Shown piece after piece: positions 1 through 8,908 of a DNA stretch of 32,000 nt. Source of the stretch: Candidatus Saccharimonadota bacterium. GTDB taxonomy: Bacteria; Patescibacteriota; Saccharimonadia; Saccharimonadales; Saccharimonadaceae. Below the pieces are notes generated by a model. That model worked only from the letters and a program-made list of their open reading frames with translations, made no database searches and was not told the DNA's origin. The stretch is from the NCBI GenBank assembly GCA_001029695.1, contig CP011211.1:210001-242000 (forward strand). Reading direction: 5' to 3'. How positions within the stretch are numbered: the first letter of the stretch is position 1; each line of letters begins with the position of its first letter. The position numbers and the translations under genes were made by a program.

Positions 1-18
1 CTTGCCACGTTAAAAAAG

Positions 19-27
19 TGCTATAAT
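19..27 (+). promoter_or_regulatory. Extended -10 promoter (TGCTATAAT) for the PBP gene
   Basis: The sequence gTGCTATAAT at 19-27 lies 33 nt upstream of the GTG at 61. The same TGCTATA-type motif recurs upstream of several other genes in this window. Confidence 0.6.
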
Positions 28-60
28 GAGAAGCAATACTGCTTATGGGAAAAATATAAC

Positions 61-2709
61 GTGGCCAAAAAACCTTCATCTCCGCGTAAAATGAACGTGT
101 ACGCAAATCTTGCGCATAAACGCAAAACCAAGAAAGATGCTGTAGCTCGGAAAAAAGCCGAGTATCTTGCAACACTTCCAAAACATCCAGTTAAACGTTT
201 CTTCGCTCGCCTTCATCCAAAGCGCGTCGCAGGCTACTGGTTTAGTAAAAAAGGTGGCATGATGGCCCTGAAGATTGCTGGTGTCAGCATACTCGTTGTC
301 GTCTTGTTCGTCGGTGGCCTCTTCGCTTACTACCGAAAAGATCTCGACCAAATCCGCCCAGGAGAACTTGCTAAGCGCGTTCAGACTACCGTCACTCGCT
401 ACTATGATCGGAACGACCAACTCTTATGGGAAGACAAGGGTGATAGCAACTATAAGCTCGTCGTTGATAGTAAAGAAATCAACAAGTACATGAAGGATGC
501 AACAATTGCCATCGAAGACCGTGACTTCTATAAGCACCACGGTGTTAGCCCTACAGGCCTTGCTCGTGCATTCGTAAATAACGCCCAAGGTGGTAGCACT
601 CAGGGTGGCTCTACGCTCACTCAACAGCTCGTCAAGCAAGTGTTCTTTGCAGACGAAGCTCAAAAACGTGGCCTCAATGGTATTCCTCGCAAGATTAAAG
701 AACTCATCCTTGCCGTCGAAGTTGAGCGTATGTACGACAAAGACCAGATTCTCACCCTATACTTAAATGAATCACCATATGGTGGTCGTCGAAATGGCGT
801 TCAATCTGCAGCACAAACATACTTTGGTAAAGATGCAAAAGATCTCACTCTCTCTGAAGCGGCGCTCATGGCAGCGATACCGCAGAACCCTGCAGTCTAT
901 AACCCATATAATGTCGCCGGTCGTGAAGGACTGATCGTCAGGCAGCATCGTGTCCTCGACAATATGGTAGAGCTCGGCAACATCACACAGGCGCAAGCTG
1001 ACGAAGCGAAAAAGGACCCGGTCCTAGAAGATGGCAGCAGACTCAAGCTGGAGGTAAATCAATACGATGGCATCAAAGCACCACACTTCGTTCAGATGGT
1101 TCGTAAACAACTAGAGACAGAGCTCGGTAAAGCGACTGTTGGGCGTGGCGGACTCACAGTCAAAACAACTCTCGACTTAGGGGTCCAAACGAAGCTTGAA
1201 GAAGCTATGACAGAAATGTTTAATGGCCCCGTACCAAATAATGCAGGCTTCACCAATGGAGCAGGAACAGTCGAAGACAATCAAACAGGTCAGATAATTG
1301 CCATGCTCGGAAGCAAAGACTGGAATGCCGAAGGGTTCGGACAAGACAACTCAGCTACTGCCTTCATCCAGCCAGGTTCAAGTATTAAGCCCCTTGTATT
1401 CGCTGAACTATTCAAGCCAAAAGCGGACAATAAAAACTATGGTAGTGGAACAATTCTCTCAGATGACAATTCTGCAGACGTAAGAAAAGCGTATGGTGTT
1501 CAACTCAATAACGCAGATAAAAAATACAAAGGTGCTATATCAATCCGCCAAGGTCTCGCTCAGTCTAGAAACGTACCGGCGGTAAAAGCGATGATGGCAT
1601 CGGGTATTCCCGAGACGCTTCAGACAATTCGCGATATGGGCGATAGCGAATACTGTACACAAGGAAACGAAGTGCAGACAGGACTCTCTTCAGCGATTGG
1701 TGGCTGTGGAACACGCCAAGTTGATCATGTGAACGCATTTGCCACACTTGCTCGTATGGGTACGTACAAACCTCACACAAGCATCATAGAGGTTAAGAAT
1801 AGCCAAGGTGACACCGTAAAGAAATGGAAAGACGAGAGTAAGCAAGTACTTGACCCACAGATCGCGTACATCCTTAGTGACATCCTCACCGATGAAAATG
1901 CACGTCGACCACTATTTGGCTCAATCACCCAAGGTCTCAGCTATGGCAATACAGGTATAAAAACCGCAACAAAAACCGGTACGTCCGACCTGAATGGTCA
2001 AGCACGTGACCTTTGGATGATGACCTATAGCCCTGTCGTCTCTATGGGCGTATGGCTTGGAAATCCAGACACGAAGCAGCTCAAAAACGGTAACTCCACA
2101 CTCCCTGGACCAATCATCGATAAGGTTATGCGCTACGTTCATCAGGAAGTTTATGCAAAGCAAAACAAGTGGAAGCCCGGCGACTGGTTCACTCAGCCAG
2201 CTGGTATTCAAAAAATCGGTAATGAGCTCTATCCTCAGTGGTTCAACAAAAATCAGCTCCCCACTAACTCTAAGATGACATTTGACAAAGTCTCAAAAAA
2301 GAAAGCAACGGACTGTACTCCTGCCGGCGCACGTATCGAGGTGGACGTGAAAAAGACGACAGATGCAGCGACTAAAAAAGAAGTAGTCATAGCACCAAAT
2401 GGATACGATGCGACAAAAGACGACGACGTCCATAAGTGTGATGATGCCAAGCCAAACGTGGGAGGTATCGACATCAAGAAAGCCGGCGGCGCCTACCAAG
2501 TCATTGTTAGCGTCACACAGGGAGCAAATAGCCTCACAGGACTCGAAATCCGCGTCAACGGCGCCACAGTCAACTCTCAGTCGGTCAGCAGTAGTGGCGA
2601 CTACACGGCAACAGTCAGCCTTAATGCAGGTGACAAGATCAGTGCCGTTATCACCGACAATGCCTTCTATACCGCAGAAATGACGCGTGAAGTCACTGGA
2701 ACTGAATGA
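61..2709 (+). CDS. Class A penicillin-binding protein (bifunctional glycosyltransferase/transpeptidase, PBP1A-like)
   Basis: 882-aa ORF with a basic N-terminal tail and one TM helix (ALKIAGVSILVVVLFVGGLFAYY). GT51 motifs EDRDFYKHHG and RKIKE...YLNESPYG are present. Transpeptidase motifs SSIK (SxxK), SRN (SxN) and KTGT occur in the canonical order. A beta-rich C-terminal extension of about 170 aa follows. The start is GTG at 61, with ATG at 91 as an alternative. Confidence 0.9.
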   Translation: MAKKPSSPRKMNVYANLAHKRKTKKDAVARKKAEYLATLPKHPVKRFFARLHPKRVAGYWFSKKGGMMALKIAGVSILVVVLFVGGLFAYYRKDLDQIRPGELAKRVQTTVTRYYDRNDQLLWEDKGDSNYKLVVDSKEINKYMKDATIAIEDRDFYKHHGVSPTGLARAFVNNAQGGSTQGGSTLTQQLVKQVFFADEAQKRGLNGIPRKIKELILAVEVERMYDKDQILTLYLNESPYGGRRNGVQSAAQTYFGKDAKDLTLSEAALMAAIPQNPAVYNPYNVAGREGLIVRQHRVLDNMVELGNITQAQADEAKKDPVLEDGSRLKLEVNQYDGIKAPHFVQMVRKQLETELGKATVGRGGLTVKTTLDLGVQTKLEEAMTEMFNGPVPNNAGFTNGAGTVEDNQTGQIIAMLGSKDWNAEGFGQDNSATAFIQPGSSIKPLVFAELFKPKADNKNYGSGTILSDDNSADVRKAYGVQLNNADKKYKGAISIRQGLAQSRNVPAVKAMMASGIPETLQTIRDMGDSEYCTQGNEVQTGLSSAIGGCGTRQVDHVNAFATLARMGTYKPHTSIIEVKNSQGDTVKKWKDESKQVLDPQIAYILSDILTDENARRPLFGSITQGLSYGNTGIKTATKTGTSDLNGQARDLWMMTYSPVVSMGVWLGNPDTKQLKNGNSTLPGPIIDKVMRYVHQEVYAKQNKWKPGDWFTQPAGIQKIGNELYPQWFNKNQLPTNSKMTFDKVSKKKATDCTPAGARIEVDVKKTTDAATKKEVVIAPNGYDATKDDDVHKCDDAKPNVGGIDIKKAGGAYQVIVSVTQGANSLTGLEIRVNGATVNSQSVSSSGDYTATVSLNAGDKISAVITDNAFYTAEMTREVTGTE

Positions 2710-2760
2710 AGAGAGCCTTCCTCTCGTTCTAGAGGCAGAGATCGCTAAAACAACTAATCA

Positions 2761-2812
2761 GTTCATATTAAAATACCACCTAGCAAATGCTAGGTGGTAT
2801 TTTAATATGAAC
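2761..2812. terminator. Bidirectional intrinsic terminator (52-nt perfect palindrome)
   Basis: gttcatattaaaataccacctagc / aaat / gctaggtggtattttaatatgaac forms 24-bp perfect arms with a 4-nt loop. The GC-rich core is flanked by an A-run and a T-run. It lies between the convergent PBP and PIN/TRAM genes. Confidence 0.85.
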
Positions 2813-2818
2813 TTCTGA

Positions 2819-3865
2819 CTACTGATTATCTACAAGATCAATCAATGCCGCTTCACGCTGCGCCGATGTCTTTGGCTTTCGCCTCCCATGCTGAGGGGTA
2901 TTGACTTGAGTAGGCGTCTTGCTTGTATCATGTGTTCGATCTGACGAAGACGGGCTTTGCTGCTGAGCACGAGGTGCACGTCCTGATGCCTTAGGCTTTT
3001 GTACTTTTGCGACTTTACGCTGTTCACGCTCATCACTATGATACACACCTGGCGCGACAGTTACAGCCTGCTCCTTCTCCTCTGGAGCTGGTTTGTCTTT
3101 CTTAGTGGTCAAAGATTTTGCTTTTTGCTGCACTTTTGCCTTAAGAGTTTTGTGAACAGGCGCCTTCACTTCTTCAACGCGTTTTGCAAACATCATCTTA
3201 CCCGCTGCGGTCTGAAGACTGCGTATAAACTCAATCTCGATCTTTTGTCCTAGGTTTTTAATTGCATGTTCTACAACTACCATAGTTCCATCAGGGAGAT
3301 AGCCTACTGCCTGGTGAGAATCTTGGCCCTTCTGAACAAGTTCGAGCATAATCTTTTCACCTGGTAGATACGCCATGCGCAAACTCTGAGCAAGCTCATT
3401 AACATTCAGTACAGTAATACCTTCAACGACGGCAACTTTGTTAAGATTGTAGTCTATTGTACAGACAGCTCCGTTGTATTTCTTTGAAAGATTTAAGAGG
3501 CGTTCATCAACACCCTCTTCAGCTTTACTGCCATCTTGAAGGATGGTGACGTCAACATCAGGCATCTCTTGCAGGTCTTTCACTACGTCGAGCCCATAGC
3601 GTGCACGTGTCCGCTTGTCATGGTCTGCATTATCGGCAAGAAATTGAAGTTCACCGATCACACTACGCGGAATAACCAGCTGGTCTCCTATAAATCCCGA
3701 TTTTGCTACCGCGATAATCCTTCCATCTATCAACACCGACGTATCAACAAATATCATTCTTTTCTTACTATTACCTACCTGTCGAGGTAGTTTCGCCACC
3801 AAATAGGTGACTTCCGCCAACAGTACAAGTAGCACTGCGACGATAACGAGGTTTTCTGTTGTCAT
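2819..3865 (-). CDS. PIN/TRAM domain membrane protein (YacL-like)
   Basis: 348-aa ORF with an N-terminal TM helix. It has a PIN-like block (MIFVDTSVLIDGRI...DERLL) and a TRAM-like block (GEKIMLELVQKGQDSHQAVGYLPDGTMVVVE), then a K/P/Q/A-rich tail of about 115 aa. It lies directly downstream of radA, as yacL does in Bacillus-type synteny. Confidence 0.8.
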   Translation of the reverse strand: MTTENLVIVAVLLVLLAEVTYLVAKLPRQVGNSKKRMIFVDTSVLIDGRIIAVAKSGFIGDQLVIPRSVIGELQFLADNADHDKRTRARYGLDVVKDLQEMPDVDVTILQDGSKAEEGVDERLLNLSKKYNGAVCTIDYNLNKVAVVEGITVLNVNELAQSLRMAYLPGEKIMLELVQKGQDSHQAVGYLPDGTMVVVEHAIKNLGQKIEIEFIRSLQTAAGKMMFAKRVEEVKAPVHKTLKAKVQQKAKSLTTKKDKPAPEEKEQAVTVAPGVYHSDEREQRKVAKVQKPKASGRAPRAQQQSPSSSDRTHDTSKTPTQVNTPQHGRRKPKTSAQREAALIDLVDNQ

Positions 3866-3878
3866 AATAATTTCTTTC

Positions 3879-5234
3879 TTACTTCTGTAGGTAGTCGATT
3901 AACGCTTGGCGTAAATCACCGACTCCTTTAATAAATGTTTTATCGCTCGAATACTTAGGCGCGATTGCCTGAGTAAATCCGAGCTTTTTTGCTTCGCTAA
4001 TTCGACGATCAACACTCTGAACTGATCGAATTTCCCCTCCAAGTCCTACTTCCCCAAACACAACGATACCATCATCTAGTCGCCTTCCAGCACTAGCGCT
4101 AGCGATAGCCATACATACGGCGAGATCAGCAGCAGGATCGGCTAACTTCAGCCCTCCAACGACGTTGACGTAAATGTCTTTGTCCGATAAATTCAGTTTT
4201 GTCCGACGTTCAAGTACGGCAATCAATAGGTTAAGACGATTGAGGTCAAATCCACTCGCTGTACGTTTAGGATACCCGAAACTTGTCGGATTGACAAGTG
4301 CCTGTATCTCGACAAGGAGCGGGCGAGTCCCCTCAAGCGTTGCCATGACCACCGATCCATCTGCGTTCTGTCGTTCGGCAAGTAAGGCTGCAGAGGGGTT
4401 CTCGACTACCCGAAGACCCTGTTCGTACATCTCAAATATCGCGGCTTCGCTCGTACTACCAAATCGGTTTTTAACCGCACGAACAACCTTAAACCCTCCG
4501 TACCTATCACCTTCAAACTGCAAGACAACATCGACAAGATGCTCCAATACTTTTGGCCCTGCGATACTACCTTCTTTTGTCACGTGGCCAACGAGCACAA
4601 CCGCTGCACCCGACTCTTTCGCAGCCCTGATCACCACGTTACTACTATTCGTAATCTGACTCACACTTCCTGGTGCAGAGGTGATTTCATCAAGACTGAG
4701 CGTCTGAATTGAATCAATGATAACGAGCTTATATGCGCCACTTCTAATCGTTGCAGCGATATCATCCGCGCTCGTACTTGCAACAAAACTAAGCTGTTCT
4801 CGCTCATTAGCCCCAAGTCGCTCCGCACGAAGCTTTACTTGGCTCGCCGACTCCTCGCCACTCGCATAGAGCACTGGCGTCGATTCGGCGATATGCGAGG
4901 TAACCTGCAATAAAAGCGTGCTCTTCCCGATTCCTGGCTGACCCGCAAGCAGCACTACCCCTCCGGGTAAAATACCGCCGCCAAGGACTACATCCAAATC
5001 ATCAATTCCCGTAGATAATCGAGCAGTAGACTCGGCGACACTAATCGACTGCATTGTCTGAGGCGCAAGGACCTTCCCAGAAGATAGACTTTTAGCAACC
5101 GCCGACTTTCCTACTGACTGAGCCACCTGCTCAACAAGACTATTCCACTCCCCGCAGTTATCACACTTCCCCGTCCACTTAGGATACGATACTCCACAGT
5201 TCTGACAGACAAACTGTGTTTTTGTTTTTACCAT
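3879..5234 (-). CDS. radA: DNA repair protein RadA/Sms
   Basis: 451 aa. N-terminal C4 zinc ribbon CQNCGVSYPKWTGKCDNCGEWNS, Walker A GQPGIGKST, the RadA-specific KNRFG motif, and a Lon-protease-like C-terminal domain. Confidence 0.95.
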   Translation of the reverse strand: MVKTKTQFVCQNCGVSYPKWTGKCDNCGEWNSLVEQVAQSVGKSAVAKSLSSGKVLAPQTMQSISVAESTARLSTGIDDLDVVLGGGILPGGVVLLAGQPGIGKSTLLLQVTSHIAESTPVLYASGEESASQVKLRAERLGANEREQLSFVASTSADDIAATIRSGAYKLVIIDSIQTLSLDEITSAPGSVSQITNSSNVVIRAAKESGAAVVLVGHVTKEGSIAGPKVLEHLVDVVLQFEGDRYGGFKVVRAVKNRFGSTSEAAIFEMYEQGLRVVENPSAALLAERQNADGSVVMATLEGTRPLLVEIQALVNPTSFGYPKRTASGFDLNRLNLLIAVLERRTKLNLSDKDIYVNVVGGLKLADPAADLAVCMAIASASAGRRLDDGIVVFGEVGLGGEIRSVQSVDRRISEAKKLGFTQAIAPKYSSDKTFIKGVGDLRQALIDYLQK

Positions 5235-5240
5235 AGACCT

Positions 5241-5246
5241 ATTATA
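5241..5246 (-). promoter_or_regulatory. Possible internal -10 box (TATAAT) 6 nt upstream of the radA ATG
   Basis: The minus strand reads TAG-GC-TATAAT-AGGTCT-ATG. There is no Shine-Dalgarno before radA and no convincing -35. Confidence 0.3.
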
Positions 5247-5248
5247 GC

Positions 5249-6256
5249 CTAAATCGTCGGTGCCGGCGCTAGGCGACTATCAATACTGTTATATAGCTGC
5301 TGAGACTCATCCACCGTTGCGTTGTATCGCTGGCGCAATGATTCATATAGCTTTATCTGCTCATCGATTTCAGATCGCTGCTGTTCAAGTGCATTGATTC
5401 TACTCAGCAATGCAGCACGCTCAGAGTTAAACTCGCTTCTTGAAGTAAACTGACCCGCTGTTGCGCGGCTATTGAAGCTTTCGATGTCACCATTGAGGTT
5501 TTTTACTGATTCGTTATATTGAGCTGAGCCCGTCTCGATAGCGCCACTCTTATCCTTGAGCTGTCGACTCAATGAAGTTGCTTCATCTTTTAGCTTTGTA
5601 AACTCTGCAGCGTATTTCGCGTGCAACTGCACAAGTGCAGCCCTATTATCAAAATAACGCTCGTAGTACTTTTCAAGCTCATTAGATATACCGTCATATT
5701 CCGTCCCTATGATTGAGTGCAGTTCATTATCATGCTCACCTGGCTGCGTTCTTTTGTAAAAATCCATCCGCTCGGCAAGTGCAGTATCGTCTGCTCGTTT
5801 CCTATACTCAGCGTCAAGCAGTGCATTTACTTTGGTCTTTTCATCACTACCCAGTCGCTGATATGCTGCGTGAAGCATCTCATGCGCGGTTGTGACTTCA
5901 CGTATTCCATCGAGCTTCGTATCGTCAATGTCGTAAACATAAATCTTATTCGCAGCATAACAGCCAAGCACAGCGCTACTTGATTCTTTGCGATCACACA
6001 ACTTATTGAAGTTTTGAGTTTTTTCCAACGATGGATGACTTGCGTAGAGATAAAACTTACCTTCCCGTGTCATCGTTGTCCGCTCGGCAAACGCGGCAAA
6101 CTCACTCGTTGGGGTGTATTGACGATAACTAATCCAATCAACAACCAGCTGTCGGTTGAACCACAGTAGGCCGGCTAGGACGAGAAACAGGATACTCAAA
6201 CTCAAACGGATGAGTGTTCCTATTCGCCATCGATTATCCTTCTTGTGTGATTCCAA
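5249..6256 (-). CDS. Uncharacterised membrane-anchored HExxH (zincin-like) protein with C-terminal coiled coil
   Basis: 335-aa ORF with a K/R-rich N-terminus followed by a TM helix (LIRLSLSILFLVLAGLLWF). The HExxH motif is TTAHEMLHAAY, with a downstream GEHDNELH. The C-terminal ~130 aa are heptad-like and Q/E/S/L-rich. The start is TTG at 6256 and overlaps the clpC stop by 23 nt; there is no in-frame ATG or GTG before the TM segment. Confidence 0.65.
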   Translation of the reverse strand: MESHKKDNRWRIGTLIRLSLSILFLVLAGLLWFNRQLVVDWISYRQYTPTSEFAAFAERTTMTREGKFYLYASHPSLEKTQNFNKLCDRKESSSAVLGCYAANKIYVYDIDDTKLDGIREVTTAHEMLHAAYQRLGSDEKTKVNALLDAEYRKRADDTALAERMDFYKRTQPGEHDNELHSIIGTEYDGISNELEKYYERYFDNRAALVQLHAKYAAEFTKLKDEATSLSRQLKDKSGAIETGSAQYNESVKNLNGDIESFNSRATAGQFTSRSEFNSERAALLSRINALEQQRSEIDEQIKLYESLRQRYNATVDESQQLYNSIDSRLAPAPTI

Positions 6257-8711
6257 CCGAGATTGTTCCCTTTTCTGCCCTCACCGTCAGGACACTACCC
6301 TTTTCATACTCTTCTGCTAGTATACCATCCGCAAGCGGGTGCTCTAGTTCATCTTGGATCGCGCGACGAAGTGGCCTTGCGCCAAACTTCTCATCATAGC
6401 CCTTATCGATAAGTAACTTTTTAGCCGATGGAGTAATAACAAGATGAAGACCTTTGCGCACAAGTCGCTGCTGCAACTCGTCGATCAGGTTATCAAATAT
6501 CTTGCCAACCTCTTTTCTTGTAAGTGCCCGAAACGTCACTATCGCGTCAAAACGGTTGATCAGCTCTGGTCTCATCATTTTTGAAAGCGCATCCTTTGCG
6601 GCTTCAGCATTCTCGGCATGCACCTCTTCGAGCTTCTTTTCATCAGTCTTTGATGCAACATGAAACCCAAGGCTTGACTCCTTCATCATACGGTCAGCAC
6701 CTAAATTGCTCGTCAAGATAATGATCGTATTTGTGAAGTCAACTTTACGGCCTTTTGCATCAGTGAGTACGCCGTCCTCAAGAAGTTGGAGTAAAATCTG
6801 AAATACCTCAGGATGTGCTTTTTCGATCTCATCAAACAGTACGACACTATATGGCTGCCTGCGAATCTTATCAGTCAACTGCCCACCATCTTCATACCCT
6901 ACATACCCAGCTGGCGCACCGACAAGTCGGCTTGTATTGTGACGCTCACCAAATTCGCTCATGTCGATCTTGATAAGATTATCTTCACTACCGAAAACCT
7001 CCCTAGCAAGTACCTTCGCAAGCTCCGTCTTGCCGACGCCCGTCGGTCCCATAAAGACAAATGAACCAATTGGACGCTTGCTACTTGCGACACCACTACG
7101 ACTCCGTCGAATAGCACGAGATACCTTCTCAACAGCCTCTTTCTGACCGACAACATACTTCGTAAGGTGCTTTTCAAGATGTCGAAGTAGCTTTGCTTCG
7201 GATTTTTGCACGCGCTTTACTGGAATACCGGTCATTGTTGCTATCGCATGAGCCACATCATCATCGGTGATTGTAATAGGCGTCTTCTGCTCGTATGCTT
7301 CTTTCGTCTCAGTAATCTTACTCGTAATCTGACTAATCCGTGTCTTATAAAGCGCTGCACGCTCATAATCCTCAGCAGCAACCGCCTCGTCCATCTTTTC
7401 GTTGAGATTCTTGAGCTGTTTTGTAAAGTCACGTAGCTTGCTTGGTTTACGGCCTGCCTTTACGCGGACAAGCGCTGATGCTTCATCAATAACGTCGATT
7501 GCCTTATCGGGCATGTAGCGTTCACTGACATATCTATCCGCCATATATACCGCATCTTCTAGTACTTCATCGCTCATCGATACGCCATGATGTTTTTCGT
7601 AGTAACTGCGAAGCCCCTTGATAATCGCTATCGTGTCGCGAAGATTTGGCTCCGGTACAACGATCGCCTGGAATCGTCGTTCGAGTGCGCTGTCTTTTTC
7701 GATATGTTTTCGATACTCATCAAGCGTCGTCGCTCCAATCATATGCAGCTCGCCACGTGCAAGCGCTGGTTTTAGCATGTTTGCCGCATCAAGCGCACCT
7801 TCAGCCGCACCCGCTCCCACCAAAAGATGTAGCTCATCGATAAAGATAATGACATTCTTCTGTTCTTTAAGTTCGGCTACTACTTTCTTCAGACGTTCTT
7901 CAAACTCACCTCTATATTTTGTGCCCGCGATCATTGAAGCAAGGTCAAGTTGTACAAGCCGCTTGTCGAGGAGATGGTCTGGCACGTCTTCGCGTATAAT
8001 CCGCTGCGCAAGCCCCTCGACGATAGCCGTCTTACCGACGCCTGGCTCACCTATAAGCACCGGGTTATTCTTTGTACGACGACTCAGGATCGTCACCATA
8101 CGCTCCTCTTGAGCGTCACGTCCAATCACAGGGTCGAGCTCACCACGCCTTGCACGAGCCGTGAGATCAGTGCCGTATGTTTCAAGTGCGCCAGAGCGGC
8201 CACGCTTCTTTGTCTGCTGCTCAGTCGCCTCACCAAGTGATTCCTGGTATGCATTGTGTTGGCGATCAAAAAATTCCTCAAGGTCAGATGTCAAAGAAGG
8301 AACATCGACGCTCATATCGCGGAGCAGTACCGTCGCACGGGCGTTCTTCTGACTCAAGATACTATAGAGGATATGTTCTGTGCCGAGATAGTCCTGATGA
8401 AACTCCTGAGCAATTTCCCAACTCATTTTGAGCGTTAGCTTTGCCGTCTCACTCAACCCCTTCGCCCCAGTACTCACTACAAGTGTTCGCGGCGTCAAGT
8501 TAAGCGCAAGCTCTGCACGGTCAAGAGTTACGCCAGCATCGGCAAGCACCTTTGCTCCAACACTTGAGCCCTGAGCGAGCACACCGAGCAATAAGTGCTC
8601 TGTTCCTATGTACGCGCTACCGTAGCCACGAGCAATAGCATCTGCATGCTGCAGACTCGTTCGGGCATTGTCCGTTAGGTGTGACACAAATTCTGCAAAA
8701 TCATCAGCCAT
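6234..8711 (-). CDS. clpC: ATP-dependent Clp protease ATP-binding subunit ClpC
   Basis: Two Clp_N repeats, two AAA+ modules (Walker A GEPGVGKT and GPTGVGKT) and a UVR-like linker ([12 protein letters not shown]). I chose the ATG at 8711 (MADDFAEF...), which is preceded by GGAGG at 8731-8727. The ORF-track start at 8768 is a TTG inside the predicted leader. Confidence 0.93.
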   Translation of the reverse strand: MADDFAEFVSHLTDNARTSLQHADAIARGYGSAYIGTEHLLLGVLAQGSSVGAKVLADAGVTLDRAELALNLTPRTLVVSTGAKGLSETAKLTLKMSWEIAQEFHQDYLGTEHILYSILSQKNARATVLLRDMSVDVPSLTSDLEEFFDRQHNAYQESLGEATEQQTKKRGRSGALETYGTDLTARARRGELDPVIGRDAQEERMVTILSRRTKNNPVLIGEPGVGKTAIVEGLAQRIIREDVPDHLLDKRLVQLDLASMIAGTKYRGEFEERLKKVVAELKEQKNVIIFIDELHLLVGAGAAEGALDAANMLKPALARGELHMIGATTLDEYRKHIEKDSALERRFQAIVVPEPNLRDTIAIIKGLRSYYEKHHGVSMSDEVLEDAVYMADRYVSERYMPDKAIDVIDEASALVRVKAGRKPSKLRDFTKQLKNLNEKMDEAVAAEDYERAALYKTRISQITSKITETKEAYEQKTPITITDDDVAHAIATMTGIPVKRVQKSEAKLLRHLEKHLTKYVVGQKEAVEKVSRAIRRSRSGVASSKRPIGSFVFMGPTGVGKTELAKVLAREVFGSEDNLIKIDMSEFGERHNTSRLVGAPAGYVGYEDGGQLTDKIRRQPYSVVLFDEIEKAHPEVFQILLQLLEDGVLTDAKGRKVDFTNTIIILTSNLGADRMMKESSLGFHVASKTDEKKLEEVHAENAEAAKDALSKMMRPELINRFDAIVTFRALTRKEVGKIFDNLIDELQQRLVRKGLHLVITPSAKKLLIDKGYDEKFGARPLRRAIQDELEHPLADGILAEEYEKGSVLTVRAEKGTISVGITQEG

Positions 8712-8740
8712 AATACTATTATCAATCCTCCTTCGCTCCA

Positions 8741-8760
8741 GCGCAAGCGTTTTCTTGCGC
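8741..8760 (-). other. 7-bp hairpin in the clpC 5' leader
   Basis: GCGCAAG-cgtttt-CTTGCGC lies between the predicted -10 box and the clpC Shine-Dalgarno. Confidence 0.4.
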
Positions 8761-8782
8761 ACTAACAAGCGTTACTATATCT

Positions 8783-8811
8783 AGTATAGAAAAAATTAGC
8801 ACTCAGGTCAA
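8783..8811 (-). promoter_or_regulatory. Sigma-70-type promoter of the clpC operon
   Basis: The minus strand has -35 TTGACC (8811-8806), a 17-nt spacer and -10 TATACT (8788-8783). The -35 box lies inside the CIRCE spacer. Confidence 0.65.
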
Positions 8812-8822
8812 GTGAGTGCTAA
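8796..8822. promoter_or_regulatory. CIRCE element (HrcA operator)
   Basis: TTAGCACTC-aggtcaagt-GAGTGCTAA is a perfect match to both arms of the CIRCE consensus TTAGCACTC-N9-GAGTGCTAA. Confidence 0.85.
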
Positions 8823-8874
8823 TCTCATTTTCTAATTATTTCTTCATAGTAGATTAACTGCACATGATATGGCA

Positions 8875-8908
8875 CAAAAAAACAGGCGCCATCATATAGA
8901 TAACGCCT
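8875..8908 (-). terminator. Intrinsic terminator (minus strand)
   Basis: The minus strand reads AGGCGTTATC-tatat-GATGGCGCCT followed by G-TTTTTTT. This is a 10-bp stem including two G-U pairs. It lies about 175 nt downstream of the 97-aa gene and upstream of the clpC promoter. Confidence 0.75.

Noticed and set aside
4174-4659. 161-aa plus-strand ORF, and similar ORFs at 7618-8112 and 7950-8240
   Set aside because: They are antisense to radA and clpC respectively. Their Ser/Arg/Pro-rich composition is typical of reverse-frame artefacts.
8712-8768. 19-codon N-terminal extension of clpC from a TTG start
   Set aside because: The extension has no Shine-Dalgarno and covers the leader hairpin. The ATG at 8711 gives the canonical Clp_N start (MADDF...) and is preceded by GGAGG.
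8805-8813. GGTCAAG in the CIRCE spacer as a CtsR box
   Set aside because: The CtsR operator is a tandem heptad repeat (GGTCAAA-NAN-GGTCAAA). Only one imperfect heptad is present, and it is better explained as the complement of the -35 TTGACC.
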